Shown piece by piece: positions 30,028 to 39,172 of a stretch of DNA of 48,669 bases. This DNA is from a virus (taxonomy: Duplodnaviria; Caudoviricetes). The DNA lies in IMG/VR virus record IMGVR_UViG_3300044699_000043, positions 1-48,669 of that record; one strand, given 5' to 3'. Both the position numbers and the translations under genes were made by a program. The notes under the pieces are model-generated. The model was not told where the DNA came from, ran no database searches, and worked only from the letters and a program-made list of their open reading frames with translations. Every line of letters begins with the position of its first letter. Position 1 is the stretch's first letter.

Positions 30028-30569
30028 ATGTTCAAGAAGACGATAAAGTTCGAAGACTTCAACGGTCAGGAACATACGAGAGACTTCTACTTCCACCTTT
30101 CGAAGGCCGAATTGATGGCACTCGCCTCCGATGGCGAGAACTCGATGCAGTCTCGAGTCAAGCGAATCACGGAGTCGCAAGATGGAATCGCCGTCCTCAA
30201 CGAGTTCCGTGCCCTCATCGAGATGTCGGTCGGCATGCGTTCTGAGGACGGATCTCGGTTCATCAAGAATGATGCAGCGAAGAGCGAACTTCTGGACCTC
30301 TCCGGCCTTCGACGCGCTTCTGATGGAACTGATCACTGTGGAAAACGGTGGGTCGGACTTCGTCCCAGCAACTGGTCCCGGAGAAGATGATGAAGGAGAT
30401 CCTCGACCAGGCCAAGGCTGCGGGCATGCCGAAGACCGGGGTGGAAGAAGAGGACAAGCGACCGGCGTATCAGAAGGAGAATCGAGCGGCAACTCGCGCG
30501 GAGCTCGAAGCCATGAGCAAGGAAGAATTGGTTTACGCGATGGCCTGGGCCGAAAGCCGTCCGAGGTAA
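30028..30569 (+). CDS. Conserved phage protein (frameshifted near 30,290-30,365)
   Basis: MFKKTIKFEDFNG...DFYFHLSKAEL...RSEDGSRFIK / SPAFDALLMEL / LVPEKMMKE. Confidence 0.6.
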
Positions 30570-30575
30570 TTCCTG

Positions 30576-30686
30576 TGCGGATGGGGGTTTGGCGAGGATG
30601 CCGCCGTGCCAGCGGAGGGTCTCCATCCTGTACCAGACGCCAAACTTAAACGACAGCTGATGGCCGGAAATGCGCCCCCGCTCGCA
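30576..30686 (+). ncRNA. Candidate structured intergenic RNA element
   Basis: Nested pairings TGCG/CGCA, GGGG/CCCC, GTTTGGCG/CGCCAAAC, AGGATG/CATCCT and CCGC/GCGG. Confidence 0.5.
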
Positions 30687-30705
30687 ATAATTCGAAAGGA
30701 ACGAA

Positions 30706-30879
30706 ATGGTATTTTTTGACGCCGTTCTCGCCGCGAACGGAACCGTGTTGTTCAATGGGATTCAGGAAGAAGCCCAGAAGTTCATCCGTGAGAACGCTTC
30801 GGTTTTGGGGGAGGATTGCGTCGCCGTTCGAGGTAGGGATTTGGAATTCTTCTCGTTGGAGGACTACCTGAAGTTGTAA
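30706..30879 (+). CDS. 57-aa hypothetical protein (absent from ORF track)
   Basis: RBS GAAAGGA. MVFFDAVLAANGTVLFNG...LEDYLKL*. Confidence 0.7.
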   Translation: MVFFDAVLAANGTVLFNGIQEEAQKFIRENASVLGEDCVAVRGRDLEFFSLEDYLKL

Positions 30880-30880
30880 T

Positions 30881-30912
30881 TCGCAGGAATTACATGGGGT
30901 ATAATGAGACCC
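30881..30912 (+). promoter_or_regulatory. Repeated promoter-like motif P5
   Basis: TCGCAGGAATTACATGGGGTATAATGAGACCC. Confidence 0.85.
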
Positions 30913-30931
30913 CATTTGAAAGGAACCAAGC

Positions 30932-31183
30932 ATGGACAAGATTGCCGTTCTCAAGAAGACCGTGACTACCATCATTGGCTTCGGAGCCTCCAAGATCGTG
31001 AATGACATCATCGCCAACAACGTCGTGATCGAACACCCTCACCAAAAAGTGACAGTGCCCGTGACCGCCTTTGCCATCGGCGGTGCTGTCGCGAACGCAT
31101 CTTCGGAGTACACCGACAGCTTCATTGATGAGATCGTGGACGCCTGGAAGACGATCAAAGCCCGCATGAACACTGCCGAATGA
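30932..31183 (+). CDS. Hypothetical protein (cassette 5)
   Basis: RBS GAAAGGA. Lies between P5 and hairpin H-c. Confidence 0.75.
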   Translation: MDKIAVLKKTVTTIIGFGASKIVNDIIANNVVIEHPHQKVTVPVTAFAIGGAVANASSEYTDSFIDEIVDAWKTIKARMNTAE

Positions 31184-31188
31184 CAACC

Positions 31189-31220
31189 AAACCGAAAAGC
31201 CACACGGGCTTTAGGTTTTC
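31189..31220 (+). terminator. Conserved hairpin H-c
   Basis: AAACC-GAA-AAGCC-ACACG-GGCTT-TA-GGTTTTC. Confidence 0.65.
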
Positions 31221-31242
31221 CATTTTCCAGGAATAGAGGGTC

Positions 31243-31884
31243 ATGACAGCCGAATTCCCCGGTAATTCCAAGATGCCCCGCCCTCAGGCTCCGGAGAAGC
31301 CGGAGAAGAAGGTCGAGTCGGTCGTCACCAACAAGGTGGAAACACGAAAGAAACCGCTGCTGAAGCGTTTCGCCAATATCTTCATCGGTGGCGATTCGAA
31401 AAGTGTGCTGAACTACGTACTCATGGACGTGCTCGTCCCGCAAGCAAAAGACATGATCACTGAAGCGGCAAGTCAGGGCTTCGAAAGGTTGATCTATGGA
31501 GAATCACGCCCAAGCAATCGCTACCGCGGTGGCTCACGTACTGGATCCGGTCCTGTCCCGTACAACCGATATGCCGTTCGAGGTAACAATCCAATCGGAC
31601 GGTCGGCGGATTCTGATCGACGCCCGGTGGTTGGAGCAAGGACACAGCATGTTGACGAAATACTTCTTGCGACTCGAGTAGAAGGCGATCTGGTCCTCGA
31701 GCGGATGTACGATCTTCTCGAGAATTACGAGACAGTCAGTGTTGCCGATCTGAACAGTCTCGTCGATCGATCCTCCACCTACGTAGACCAGAAATGGGGT
31801 TGGACAGACCTTCAAGGTTCCGTGGTTCGTCGGGTCCGAGACGGTTACATCCTCGATCTCCCGAGGGTCGTCTCACTCGACTAG
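31243..31884 (+). CDS. Conserved hypothetical protein
   Basis: FPGNS...DVLVP..KDMI...VSVADL...KWGWTDL...GYILDLP. Confidence 0.75.
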   Translation: MTAEFPGNSKMPRPQAPEKPEKKVESVVTNKVETRKKPLLKRFANIFIGGDSKSVLNYVLMDVLVPQAKDMITEAASQGFERLIYGESRPSNRYRGGSRTGSGPVPYNRYAVRGNNPIGRSADSDRRPVVGARTQHVDEILLATRVEGDLVLERMYDLLENYETVSVADLNSLVDRSSTYVDQKWGWTDLQGSVVRRVRDGYILDLPRVVSLD

Positions 31885-31930
31885 TCATATTTCCGAAATC
31901 AAAATACAAACCCTCACTTAAAGGAAAGAA

Positions 31931-32845
31931 ATGAAACTCATTCCGACCGCTGTGTCATCCAAGTTCGGACGGCAGTTGCTCCAACTGCAGAAGTCTTCCC
32001 CACAGGTCATGTTCGTCGGGGGAGCTGTCGCCGGCGCCGCGGGTGTCGTTCTCGCCTGCAAGTCCACGCTGAAGCTGAGCGACACTCTCGGCAAGTACGA
32101 GGAGCTCCGCGACAAGGCGGCGTACCTGCACGAGCAGGGTGCTCTGCAGGACAACGGCGAGGTCTATGACGACAAGGCCTACGCCAAGGACCTGACCATC
32201 ATCAAGGTCAAGACGCTCCTGGACGTCACCAAGCTGTACGCGCCGGCAACCGGCCTGCTGGTTCTGTCGGCCGTGCTTCTGACGGGATCGCACGTCACTC
32301 TGAACCGTCGGAATGCGGGACTGACCGCGGCCTACGCTTCGGTGGACCGGGCGTTCCAGCAGTATCGTGAGCGGGTCACCGAGAAGCTGGGCGCCGATGT
32401 CGACCAGGAGATGCGCTACGGGACCCAGGAAGTCTCGGAGACCGTCGAGGGTACGGACGGCAAGAAGAAGGTCGTCAAGCACACCCGGGTCGCTGACGGG
32501 GATCCTTCGCAGTACGCGCGATTCTTCGACGAGAGTTCGGTCAACCACCAGCGGAACCCCGAGTACAACAAGATCTTCCTGCAGGCGCAGCAGTCGTACT
32601 TCAACCAGCTGCTGACGGCTCGCGGGCACGTGTTCCTGAACGAGGTCTACGACGCTCTCGGACTCCCGCGGTCCCAGGCCGGCCAGGTCGTCGGCTGGGT
32701 CATCAGCAAGAACGGCGACAACTTCGTGGACTTCGGGATCTTCGACAACATCACGAACCCGAACGTTCGCGACTTCGTCAACGGCAACGAGTACTCGATC
32801 CTGCTCGACTTCAATGTCGACGGCGTCATCTACGACAAGATTTGA
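31931..32845 (+). CDS. DUF6353-like protein
   Basis: SPQVMF..G...VVLACKST, AAYASVD..F..YRERV, GHVFLNEVYD.LG, LLDFNVDG. Strong codon bias. Confidence 0.7.
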   Translation: MKLIPTAVSSKFGRQLLQLQKSSPQVMFVGGAVAGAAGVVLACKSTLKLSDTLGKYEELRDKAAYLHEQGALQDNGEVYDDKAYAKDLTIIKVKTLLDVTKLYAPATGLLVLSAVLLTGSHVTLNRRNAGLTAAYASVDRAFQQYRERVTEKLGADVDQEMRYGTQEVSETVEGTDGKKKVVKHTRVADGDPSQYARFFDESSVNHQRNPEYNKIFLQAQQSYFNQLLTARGHVFLNEVYDALGLPRSQAGQVVGWVISKNGDNFVDFGIFDNITNPNVRDFVNGNEYSILLDFNVDGVIYDKI

Positions 32846-32852
32846 GGAGCCA

Positions 32853-33560
32853 ATGAAGGAATATACGAAGTTCCTCGGTGGCTTCATTTTAGGTACCGGC
32901 GTGGGTCTTCTGGTGGGCTACAAGACCATGGAGAAGCGCCTCGCTGATCAGTACGAAGTCCGCCTCCAGCAGGAGACTTCCGACATGAAGGAGTTCTACT
33001 CCCACACCAAGGAGCAGATCTTCAAGACTCCGGAAGAGGCCGTCGCTGCGTTGATTCCGGAGAAGGAAATGCCGGAAGAAGACCCCCGGGTCAAATCTCA
33101 GAAGATCCAGTACAACAAGATCGTCAAGGAGAATCATTACCTCGACGAGCCGTCTGTCGAAGATCTGGCCACGGACGGTAATTCCGAAACCTGCGAGATC
33201 GACGAAACGGTGCACCAGAACGTCTTCCAGGAATCCCGGAATCCTGACAAGCCGTACATCATCACCCAGGACGAGTTCATGGCGAACGAGACTGGCTACC
33301 AGCAGGCTACCCTGACTTACCACGCGAAGGGTGGTGTCCTCACAGATGATCGTGACGATCAGTTTGAGAATAGCGCGTCTGTTCTCGGTGATGAGTTCGT
33401 ATCGAATTTCGGCAAGGATTCGAGCGACCAGAACACCGTGCACGTCCGCAACGAATCTCTGCAAATGGAGTTCGAAGTCGTCAGTGTCGATCTCTCATAC
33501 GAACAGGCCGTTCTCGGGTTCGACGTCGATGAGGCGCCGCACAAGCGAGTTCGACACTAA
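32853..33560 (+). CDS. Acidic protein with N-terminal Gly-rich membrane anchor
   Basis: RBS GAGGAG. FLGGFILGTGVGLLVGY, PYIIT.DEF, VHVRNE. Confidence 0.75.
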   Translation: MKEYTKFLGGFILGTGVGLLVGYKTMEKRLADQYEVRLQQETSDMKEFYSHTKEQIFKTPEEAVAALIPEKEMPEEDPRVKSQKIQYNKIVKENHYLDEPSVEDLATDGNSETCEIDETVHQNVFQESRNPDKPYIITQDEFMANETGYQQATLTYHAKGGVLTDDRDDQFENSASVLGDEFVSNFGKDSSDQNTVHVRNESLQMEFEVVSVDLSYEQAVLGFDVDEAPHKRVRH

Positions 33561-33565
33561 GTCCG

Positions 33566-34108
33566 ATGTCTTCCGGGACGCTTGACGATCAATACCTCGG
33601 GTTTCTTTACAGCGAGGTAGCGAACCCAGGCAAGACCCGCAGAAAGACTGCAACCACATTCTGGAATTTGTTCAAGCAGCTGTTCTCTACCGAGTTCGTT
33701 TGGTTTGTTCCGAACGATGACAATCGAGCAGAGGACGGAAGAGCATTGCGATCCGAGTGGGCAGCCCTGGCTGAAGTCGAGCCAGACCCCGAGTGGCTGT
33801 CACTCGGATGTTCTTTTCTTGAAATGTTGATCGGTCTGTCACGAAGACTAAACTTCGAAACCGATGGGGGCGCCCTCGGTACCGAGAATTGGTTTTGGCA
33901 TCTGATCAATAATTTGGGTCTTACGGGCTATCACGATCGAAGCAATTTCAAAAGTGAGGATGTTGAAGACATCACATCCGCTGTGATCTGGAGGACATAT
34001 GATCGCTATGGGAATGGAGGGTTGTTCCCTCTTCGACGCAGCAGGAAAGATCAACGCCAAGTCGAAATCTGGTATCAGCTAAGTGAGTACCTACTGCAAG
34101 ATCAGTAA
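33566..34108 (+). CDS. Conserved hypothetical protein
   Basis: DDNRAEDG..LR, CSFLEMLIGLS.R, GGLFPL, EIWYQL..YL. Directly upstream of the replicase gene. Confidence 0.75.
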   Translation: MSSGTLDDQYLGFLYSEVANPGKTRRKTATTFWNLFKQLFSTEFVWFVPNDDNRAEDGRALRSEWAALAEVEPDPEWLSLGCSFLEMLIGLSRRLNFETDGGALGTENWFWHLINNLGLTGYHDRSNFKSEDVEDITSAVIWRTYDRYGNGGLFPLRRSRKDQRQVEIWYQLSEYLLQDQ

Positions 34109-34117
34109 GGGGGTTTA

Positions 34118-37100
34118 GTGGACTTCTTCACAATACAGGTCGACGAGAAGAAAGACGGCGGCCTGACCCTGACCCCCAACTTCATAGTAGGTAGATCCAA
34201 AGACCTGATGGTGCGAGGGCGCTCTTTCTATGCCATCTGGGATGAGGAAGCTGGACTTTGGTCTACGGACGAATACGACGTTGGCCGGTTGGTAGATGCT
34301 CAGCTGCGGAAATATGCAGAAGAGAATTACCCCGGCCAAAACGTCAGCATCAAGTCGATGACGAATTACAACAATAAGTCTTGGGTCAACTACCGGATGT
34401 TTGTCAGCAACATCAGCGACAGCTTCCATCAGTTGGACGAGAATCTCACTTTCGCGGACGACGTTGTAAAGCGATCGGATTATGTTAGTCGCCGTCTTCC
34501 ATATTCTCTGGAGGATGGCGATTGTTCTTCGTGGAATGAAATAATCGGTACGCTTTATTCGGTTGAGGAAAGGAGGAAGATTGAATGGGCAATTGGGTCG
34601 GTAATGTCTGGGGATTCGAAGAGGATTCAGAAATTCTTCGTTTTCTACGGTCTCGCGGGTACCGGCAAGTCGACGATCATGTCGATCATGGAGAAACTTT
34701 TCGCCGGTTACGCGACGAAATTCGAGGCGAAAGCATTAGGATCGGCGAACAATTCCTTCGCCACCGAGGCATTCAAATCGAACCCCTTAGTTGCGATCCA
34801 GCACGACGGCGATCTCTCCAGGATCGACGACAACACACTCCTGAATTCTATCGTTGCGCACGAGGAAATCAGGATGAACGAAAAGTACAAGCCCAGCTAC
34901 AATGGGCGTGTGAATGCGGTGTTGTTCATGGGTACGAACAAGCCGGTGAAAATCTCAGACGCAAAATCCGGTATTATTCGTCGACTAATCGATATTCACC
35001 CGACTGGTGTTCTCATTCCCCCAAACCAGTACAACACCCTGATGTCGAGAGCAGACTTCGAGCTTGGCGCGATAGCAACCCACTGCCTCAAGGTCTATCA
35101 GACGCTTGGTAAAAATTACTATAACGGATACCGTCCGTTGGAAATGATGCTTCAGACCGACATCATCTTCAACTTCATCGAGTACCACTACGATGTGTTC
35201 AAGATGCAAGACGGTGCTACTCTGAAGCAAGCGTACGAACTGTACAAGGAATACTGCAGCACCACAGGAATCGAAAAGCCGCTTCCTCAATACAAACTTC
35301 GCGAAGAGTTGAGGAACTACTTCGACGAGTTCAAAGACAGAGCTGAGGTGAACGGTGAATTATTACGGAGCTACTATTCTGGCTTCAGTGCCAACAAGTT
35401 CAAGCAGCCTGTTTCATCCGACGCCGTGTTCGCGCTGGTCATCGATGAACAAGTATCTCTACTTGACGAAGAACTTGCTGAGGGAAGAGCTCAGTATTCG
35501 TCGCCAGCTGGTACACCAACGTTATCGTGGTCCAATGTCGCCACGAAGCTGAACGAACTGGATACCCACCGGGAACATTACGTGATGGTCCCGGAGAATC
35601 ATATCGTGATAGATTTCGATTTAAAGGGAGAGAATGGTGGGAAGGCACTCGCTCGTAATCTCGAAGCCGCCTCCGCGTGGCCTCCTACATACGCCGAGCT
35701 ATCAAAAAGTGGCGAGGGTGTTCATCTGCATTACTATTACGACGGTGATGCTAGTCAGCTCTCTCGACTCTATTCAGAGGGAATCGAAGTCAAGGTATTC
35801 ACTGGAAAGGCTTCGCTCCGCCGGAAGCTCACAAAGTGCAATACTGTACCAATCGCCACGCTTAAGGGTGGCCTTCCCCTCAAGGAGAAGAGCAACGTGC
35901 TTTCCGCAGACACAATCAAGAGCGAAAAGGGTCTTCGAGATCTCATCGCTCGCAACTTTCGCAAGGAGATTCATCCCGGAACGAAGCCGTCGATTGACTT
36001 TATCGCAAAGATTCTCGACGACGCGTACGCGTCTGGACTCGAATACGACGTCTCGGACCTCCGGCCGAAGCTCTTCGCTTTCGCCAATAACAGTACGAAC
36101 CAGGCTCTCGCCTGCATCAAGATCGTCCAACGAATGCGTTTCTCGAGTGAGGCCGTACGTCAGGCAATGCCTGAAGCCGCAACGGTCGAGTCCTTCGACT
36201 CCGACAAACCCGTGGTTTTCTACGACGTCGAAGTTTTCCCAAACCTCTTCGTTGTCTGTTGGATGTATGAGAACTCGGATACCGTCGTCAAGATGATCAA
36301 CCCGGGGCCAACCGAAATGGAAGCCCTGTTCAAGATGAAGCTTGTCGGATTCTACAACCGTAGGTACGACAATCACATCATCTATGGTAGGTATCTCGGC
36401 TACAGCAATAAGCAGTTGTTCGAACTCAGTCAGCGGCTGATCAACGGAAACAATGCCGCATTCGCCGCGGCATACAACATTTCGTACTCGGACATATGGG
36501 ATTTCTCGAGCAAGAAGCAGTCGCTCAAGAAGTTCGAGATCGAGCTCGGAATCCCCCACATGGAATTCGAGCACCCATGGGATCAACCAGTTCCCGAAGA
36601 ACTGTGGGAGAAGGTCGCCGAGTACTGTGAGAACGATGTCCGGGCCACCAAGGCGACTTGGTACGACCGGAAGCAGGACTTCGTCGCCAGGCAGATTCTG
36701 GCGGAGCTCAGCGGTCTCACGGTCAACGACCCGACCGCCAAGCACACTGCACAGATCATTTTCGAAGGCGATCGAAACCCGCAGTCGAAGTTCGTCTATA
36801 CAGATTTGTCGAAGGAATTCGAGGGCTACGAGTTCGATGCCGGCAAGTCGACCTATCTGGGTGAGGAGGTCGGAGAAGGCGGGTATGTCTACGCCGAACC
36901 CGGTATTTACGAAGACGTCGCTCTGTTGGATGTCGCATCGATGCACCCCACATCGCTGATTCATCTCAACATGTTCGGTGAGTACACGCAGAACTTCAAG
37001 GGTCTCATGGACGCTCGCTTGGCAATCAAGCACGGCGACTATGAGACTGCTCGAGCCATGCTGAATGGGAAGTTGGCACCTTTCCTCACGGATGAAGCCG

Positions 37101-37849
37101 CGGCCAAGGCTCTCAGCTACGCCCTGAAGATCATCATCAACATTGTGTACGGGCTGACATCAGCGACGTTCGACAGTCCGTTCCGCGACAAGCGAAACAA
37201 GGACAACATCGCAGCCAAACGCGGTGCTCTGTTCATGATCGAGCTGAAGCGGTACGTGCAAGAACTCGGATACAAGGTCTGTCACATCAAGACGGATTCG
37301 ATCAAGATCGCAAATGCCGACCAGGAGATCATCGACATGGTCTTCACGTTCGGCGAGAAGTACGGCTACACCTTCGAACACGAATCGACATACGAGAAGT
37401 TCTGTCTCGTTAATGATGCCGTCTATGTCGCCAAGACTGGCGGAGACGACCCACAGTGGTCGGCGACTGGAGCGCAGTTCAAAGTCCCATACGTCTTCAA
37501 GACCCTGTTCAACGGTGAGCCGATCCTTCCGCAGGATCTCGCCGAAACCAAGCAGGTCTCGAAGGGACACATGTATCTGCAGTTCGACAGCGGACCGCAT
37601 TTCGTCGGAAGGACTGGGCGATTCATCCCGGTCACCGAGGAATCCGGTGTCGGTGGAAAGCTGGTTCGCAGATACAACGACAAGGACTACGCGGTAACCG
37701 GGACGAAGGGAAGGTTCTGGGTCGAGTCTGACGCCGCCAAGGCTCGAAACATGGAACTCGATATCGACATCGATTACTTCGAGAACCTGGTCGAAGAAGC
37801 CAAGAAGACAATCGAGAAGTTCGGATCATACGAGGAGCTTGTGGCATGA
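34118..37849 (+). CDS. Helicase-primase-DNA polymerase fusion (SF3/D5-like NTPase, AEP-like primase, family B-like polymerase)
   Basis: GLAGTGKST; VIDFDLK...ELSKSGEGVHLHY; exonuclease motifs FYDVEV, YNRRYD and YCENDV; polymerase motifs DVASMHP, KIIINIVYG and IKTDS. Confidence 0.85.
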   Translation: MDFFTIQVDEKKDGGLTLTPNFIVGRSKDLMVRGRSFYAIWDEEAGLWSTDEYDVGRLVDAQLRKYAEENYPGQNVSIKSMTNYNNKSWVNYRMFVSNISDSFHQLDENLTFADDVVKRSDYVSRRLPYSLEDGDCSSWNEIIGTLYSVEERRKIEWAIGSVMSGDSKRIQKFFVFYGLAGTGKSTIMSIMEKLFAGYATKFEAKALGSANNSFATEAFKSNPLVAIQHDGDLSRIDDNTLLNSIVAHEEIRMNEKYKPSYNGRVNAVLFMGTNKPVKISDAKSGIIRRLIDIHPTGVLIPPNQYNTLMSRADFELGAIATHCLKVYQTLGKNYYNGYRPLEMMLQTDIIFNFIEYHYDVFKMQDGATLKQAYELYKEYCSTTGIEKPLPQYKLREELRNYFDEFKDRAEVNGELLRSYYSGFSANKFKQPVSSDAVFALVIDEQVSLLDEELAEGRAQYSSPAGTPTLSWSNVATKLNELDTHREHYVMVPENHIVIDFDLKGENGGKALARNLEAASAWPPTYAELSKSGEGVHLHYYYDGDASQLSRLYSEGIEVKVFTGKASLRRKLTKCNTVPIATLKGGLPLKEKSNVLSADTIKSEKGLRDLIARNFRKEIHPGTKPSIDFIAKILDDAYASGLEYDVSDLRPKLFAFANNSTNQALACIKIVQRMRFSSEAVRQAMPEAATVESFDSDKPVVFYDVEVFPNLFVVCWMYENSDTVVKMINPGPTEMEALFKMKLVGFYNRRYDNHIIYGRYLGYSNKQLFELSQRLINGNNAAFAAAYNISYSDIWDFSSKKQSLKKFEIELGIPHMEFEHPWDQPVPEELWEKVAEYCENDVRATKATWYDRKQDFVARQILAELSGLTVNDPTAKHTAQIIFEGDRNPQSKFVYTDLSKEFEGYEFDAGKSTYLGEEVGEGGYVYAEPGIYEDVALLDVASMHPTSLIHLNMFGEYTQNFKGLMDARLAIKHGDYETARAMLNGKLAPFLTDEAAAKALSYALKIIINIVYGLTSATFDSPFRDKRNKDNIAAKRGALFMIELKRYVQELGYKVCHIKTDSIKIANADQEIIDMVFTFGEKYGYTFEHESTYEKFCLVNDAVYVAKTGGDDPQWSATGAQFKVPYVFKTLFNGEPILPQDLAETKQVSKGHMYLQFDSGPHFVGRTGRFIPVTEESGVGGKLVRRYNDKDYAVTGTKGRFWVESDAAKARNMELDIDIDYFENLVEEAKKTIEKFGSYEELVA

Positions 37850-38286
37850 TCGTCAGACCCATTGCGCGACTTCTCGGCAAGAAACGGCGAATGGAAATCG
37901 TCTTCAATTTCCTGCTCGAGCAGATGTTGGAGGACAACACGGACGACGATTGTTCGGTTGTCATCAACCTGATTGTTTGGGATCGCACAGCCAAACGTAT
38001 CGAGGTTGTGAAAAAGCAGGATGGTTGGTACGAAGCCACTCTTGGAAAGAAGCCCTGCGAAGATAAGAACTCGAATGTCTGCGTCGCCGAAGGCTGTTTC
38101 GGCGAAGCTTGTTTGAAAGATCCGCCTATCGATGATACGTGGATCGACGAACAGATGACCAAAGATGCGAAGGGGATAACGCACATGAGCGACGAAAAAG
38201 AGACGAAAGAAGCCGCCGACAAGATCAAGGACGCTGTCGAGAAGGCGGACCAGTGGGATCGGGAAGCGAAGGGCGAATCCAAGTGA
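37846..38286 (+). CDS. Hypothetical protein
   Basis: ATGA overlap with the polymerase stop. Confidence 0.55.
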   Translation: MIVRPIARLLGKKRRMEIVFNFLLEQMLEDNTDDDCSVVINLIVWDRTAKRIEVVKKQDGWYEATLGKKPCEDKNSNVCVAEGCFGEACLKDPPIDDTWIDEQMTKDAKGITHMSDEKETKEAADKIKDAVEKADQWDREAKGESK

Positions 38287-38417
38287 CCGAACCCACCGAC
38301 GACGAGCTCACCCAGCGCCTCGCTGAGGCTCTCCAAAAGGAAGAAGACGCGGTCAAGGCCGCAACCGAGAGGGCTCAGCTTGCACTCGAGCAGCAGAGGC
38401 AGGAGCAAGGTCGTTGA
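38283..38417 (+). CDS. Small hypothetical protein
   Basis: GTGA overlap. MTEPTDDELTQRLAEALQKEE. Confidence 0.5.
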   Translation: MTEPTDDELTQRLAEALQKEEDAVKAATERAQLALEQQRQEQGR

Positions 38418-38518
38418 CTCACGATCCCGAAGCAGCTCGGCAGTTGGCAGAACAACTGCTGCAGGCTGAGCTGGACGACATCAAGAAACAGGCTGAGGAA
38501 GAAGCGGCCGGTGAGTGA
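38414..38518 (+). CDS. Small hypothetical protein
   Basis: AGGAG plus TTG start overlapping the previous stop. MTHDPEAARQLAEQLLQAELDDIKKQAEEEAAGE*. Confidence 0.45.
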   Translation: MTHDPEAARQLAEQLLQAELDDIKKQAEEEAAGE

Positions 38519-38720
38519 CAAACGAATTCCCGTTTTCGTCGGCGAGGGCGACAAGCGGATCAAGATCGGTAGGGCCGAAGTCGAGGTGCTGCAGGATGGC
38601 ACCAGCATGGTCAACATCTCGATCGACAATCCGGACTGGGGACAGTGGAGCATCGGGGGCTTCGAGCCGATGCGACTCACTGGAATCATTCCCCCGGTAT
38701 ACTTGAAGTCCACCGGCTAA
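38511..38720 (+). CDS. Hypothetical protein
   Basis: Tightly packed + strand ORF. Confidence 0.55.
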   Translation: MSDKRIPVFVGEGDKRIKIGRAEVEVLQDGTSMVNISIDNPDWGQWSIGGFEPMRLTGIIPPVYLKSTG

Positions 38721-38737
38721 TGAAAGGGAGAGGACCC

Positions 38738-39172
38738 GTGTCCCAAACGAATCACGACGCGGCAATCGTAAGAGCGCTGCAGGGAATCGAAAAGCACAAC
38801 CGAGAATTGGTCAGGGTCATGGAGGCCTTGAACACCAACTTCGTGGCTTTCGGCAAGATCGTCAAGGAAGCGATGGAGCCGCTCGACGAGACTGTCGATC
38901 CGAATCAAGCCGTGCTTCCGATTGATCCCGACCCGGGTGTGAAGTTCGAAATTCAGGAATTCAACCCCGAGTTGGTGGGTGATGCTGATCCATTCAACGA
39001 GCCGTTCGTATACGGAAAACACCCGTTCGCTTGGTCGAATTCGTTCAAGACCATCGGCAGGCCGCTGCAGGTTCACGTCGACGGCGACGACAAGAAAGTG
39101 CTCCTGGATTTCAACGGTAGTACACAATGGGTTCCGATCGAAGATCTTCGAGGGGCGAACGATGGGACGTAA
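38738..39172 (+). CDS. Hypothetical protein
   Basis: RBS GAGAGGA plus GTG. Confidence 0.6.
   Translation: MSQTNHDAAIVRALQGIEKHNRELVRVMEALNTNFVAFGKIVKEAMEPLDETVDPNQAVLPIDPDPGVKFEIQEFNPELVGDADPFNEPFVYGKHPFAWSNSFKTIGRPLQVHVDGDDKKVLLDFNGSTQWVPIEDLRGANDGT

Noticed and set aside
24940-30400. Programmed frameshifts or pseudogenes in the accessory region
   Set aside because: The shifts are single-base indels, mostly in short homopolymers, clustered in one zone. Correcting them restores intact-looking proteins, so sequencing error is more likely. Resequencing would settle it.
30657-30670. Hammerhead-like CTGATG...GAAA
   Set aside because: It lacks the conserved A of CUGANGA and a proper stem II, and flanking stems I and III are not evident.
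27300-30912. CRISPR array interpretation of the ~32-nt repeats (with the Cas4-like gene)
   Set aside because: Spacing is 350-2,400 nt and irregular, the intervals hold ORFs with RBSs, and the repeats are non-palindromic. No cas operon is present, and solo Cas4-like nucleases are common in phages.
10921-37033. Long minus-strand ORFs (e.g. 11883..14048, 10921..12012, 28135..29460, 31955..32887, 35774..37033)
   Set aside because: They are antisense shadows of codon-biased plus-strand genes, with no RBS or recognisable motifs.
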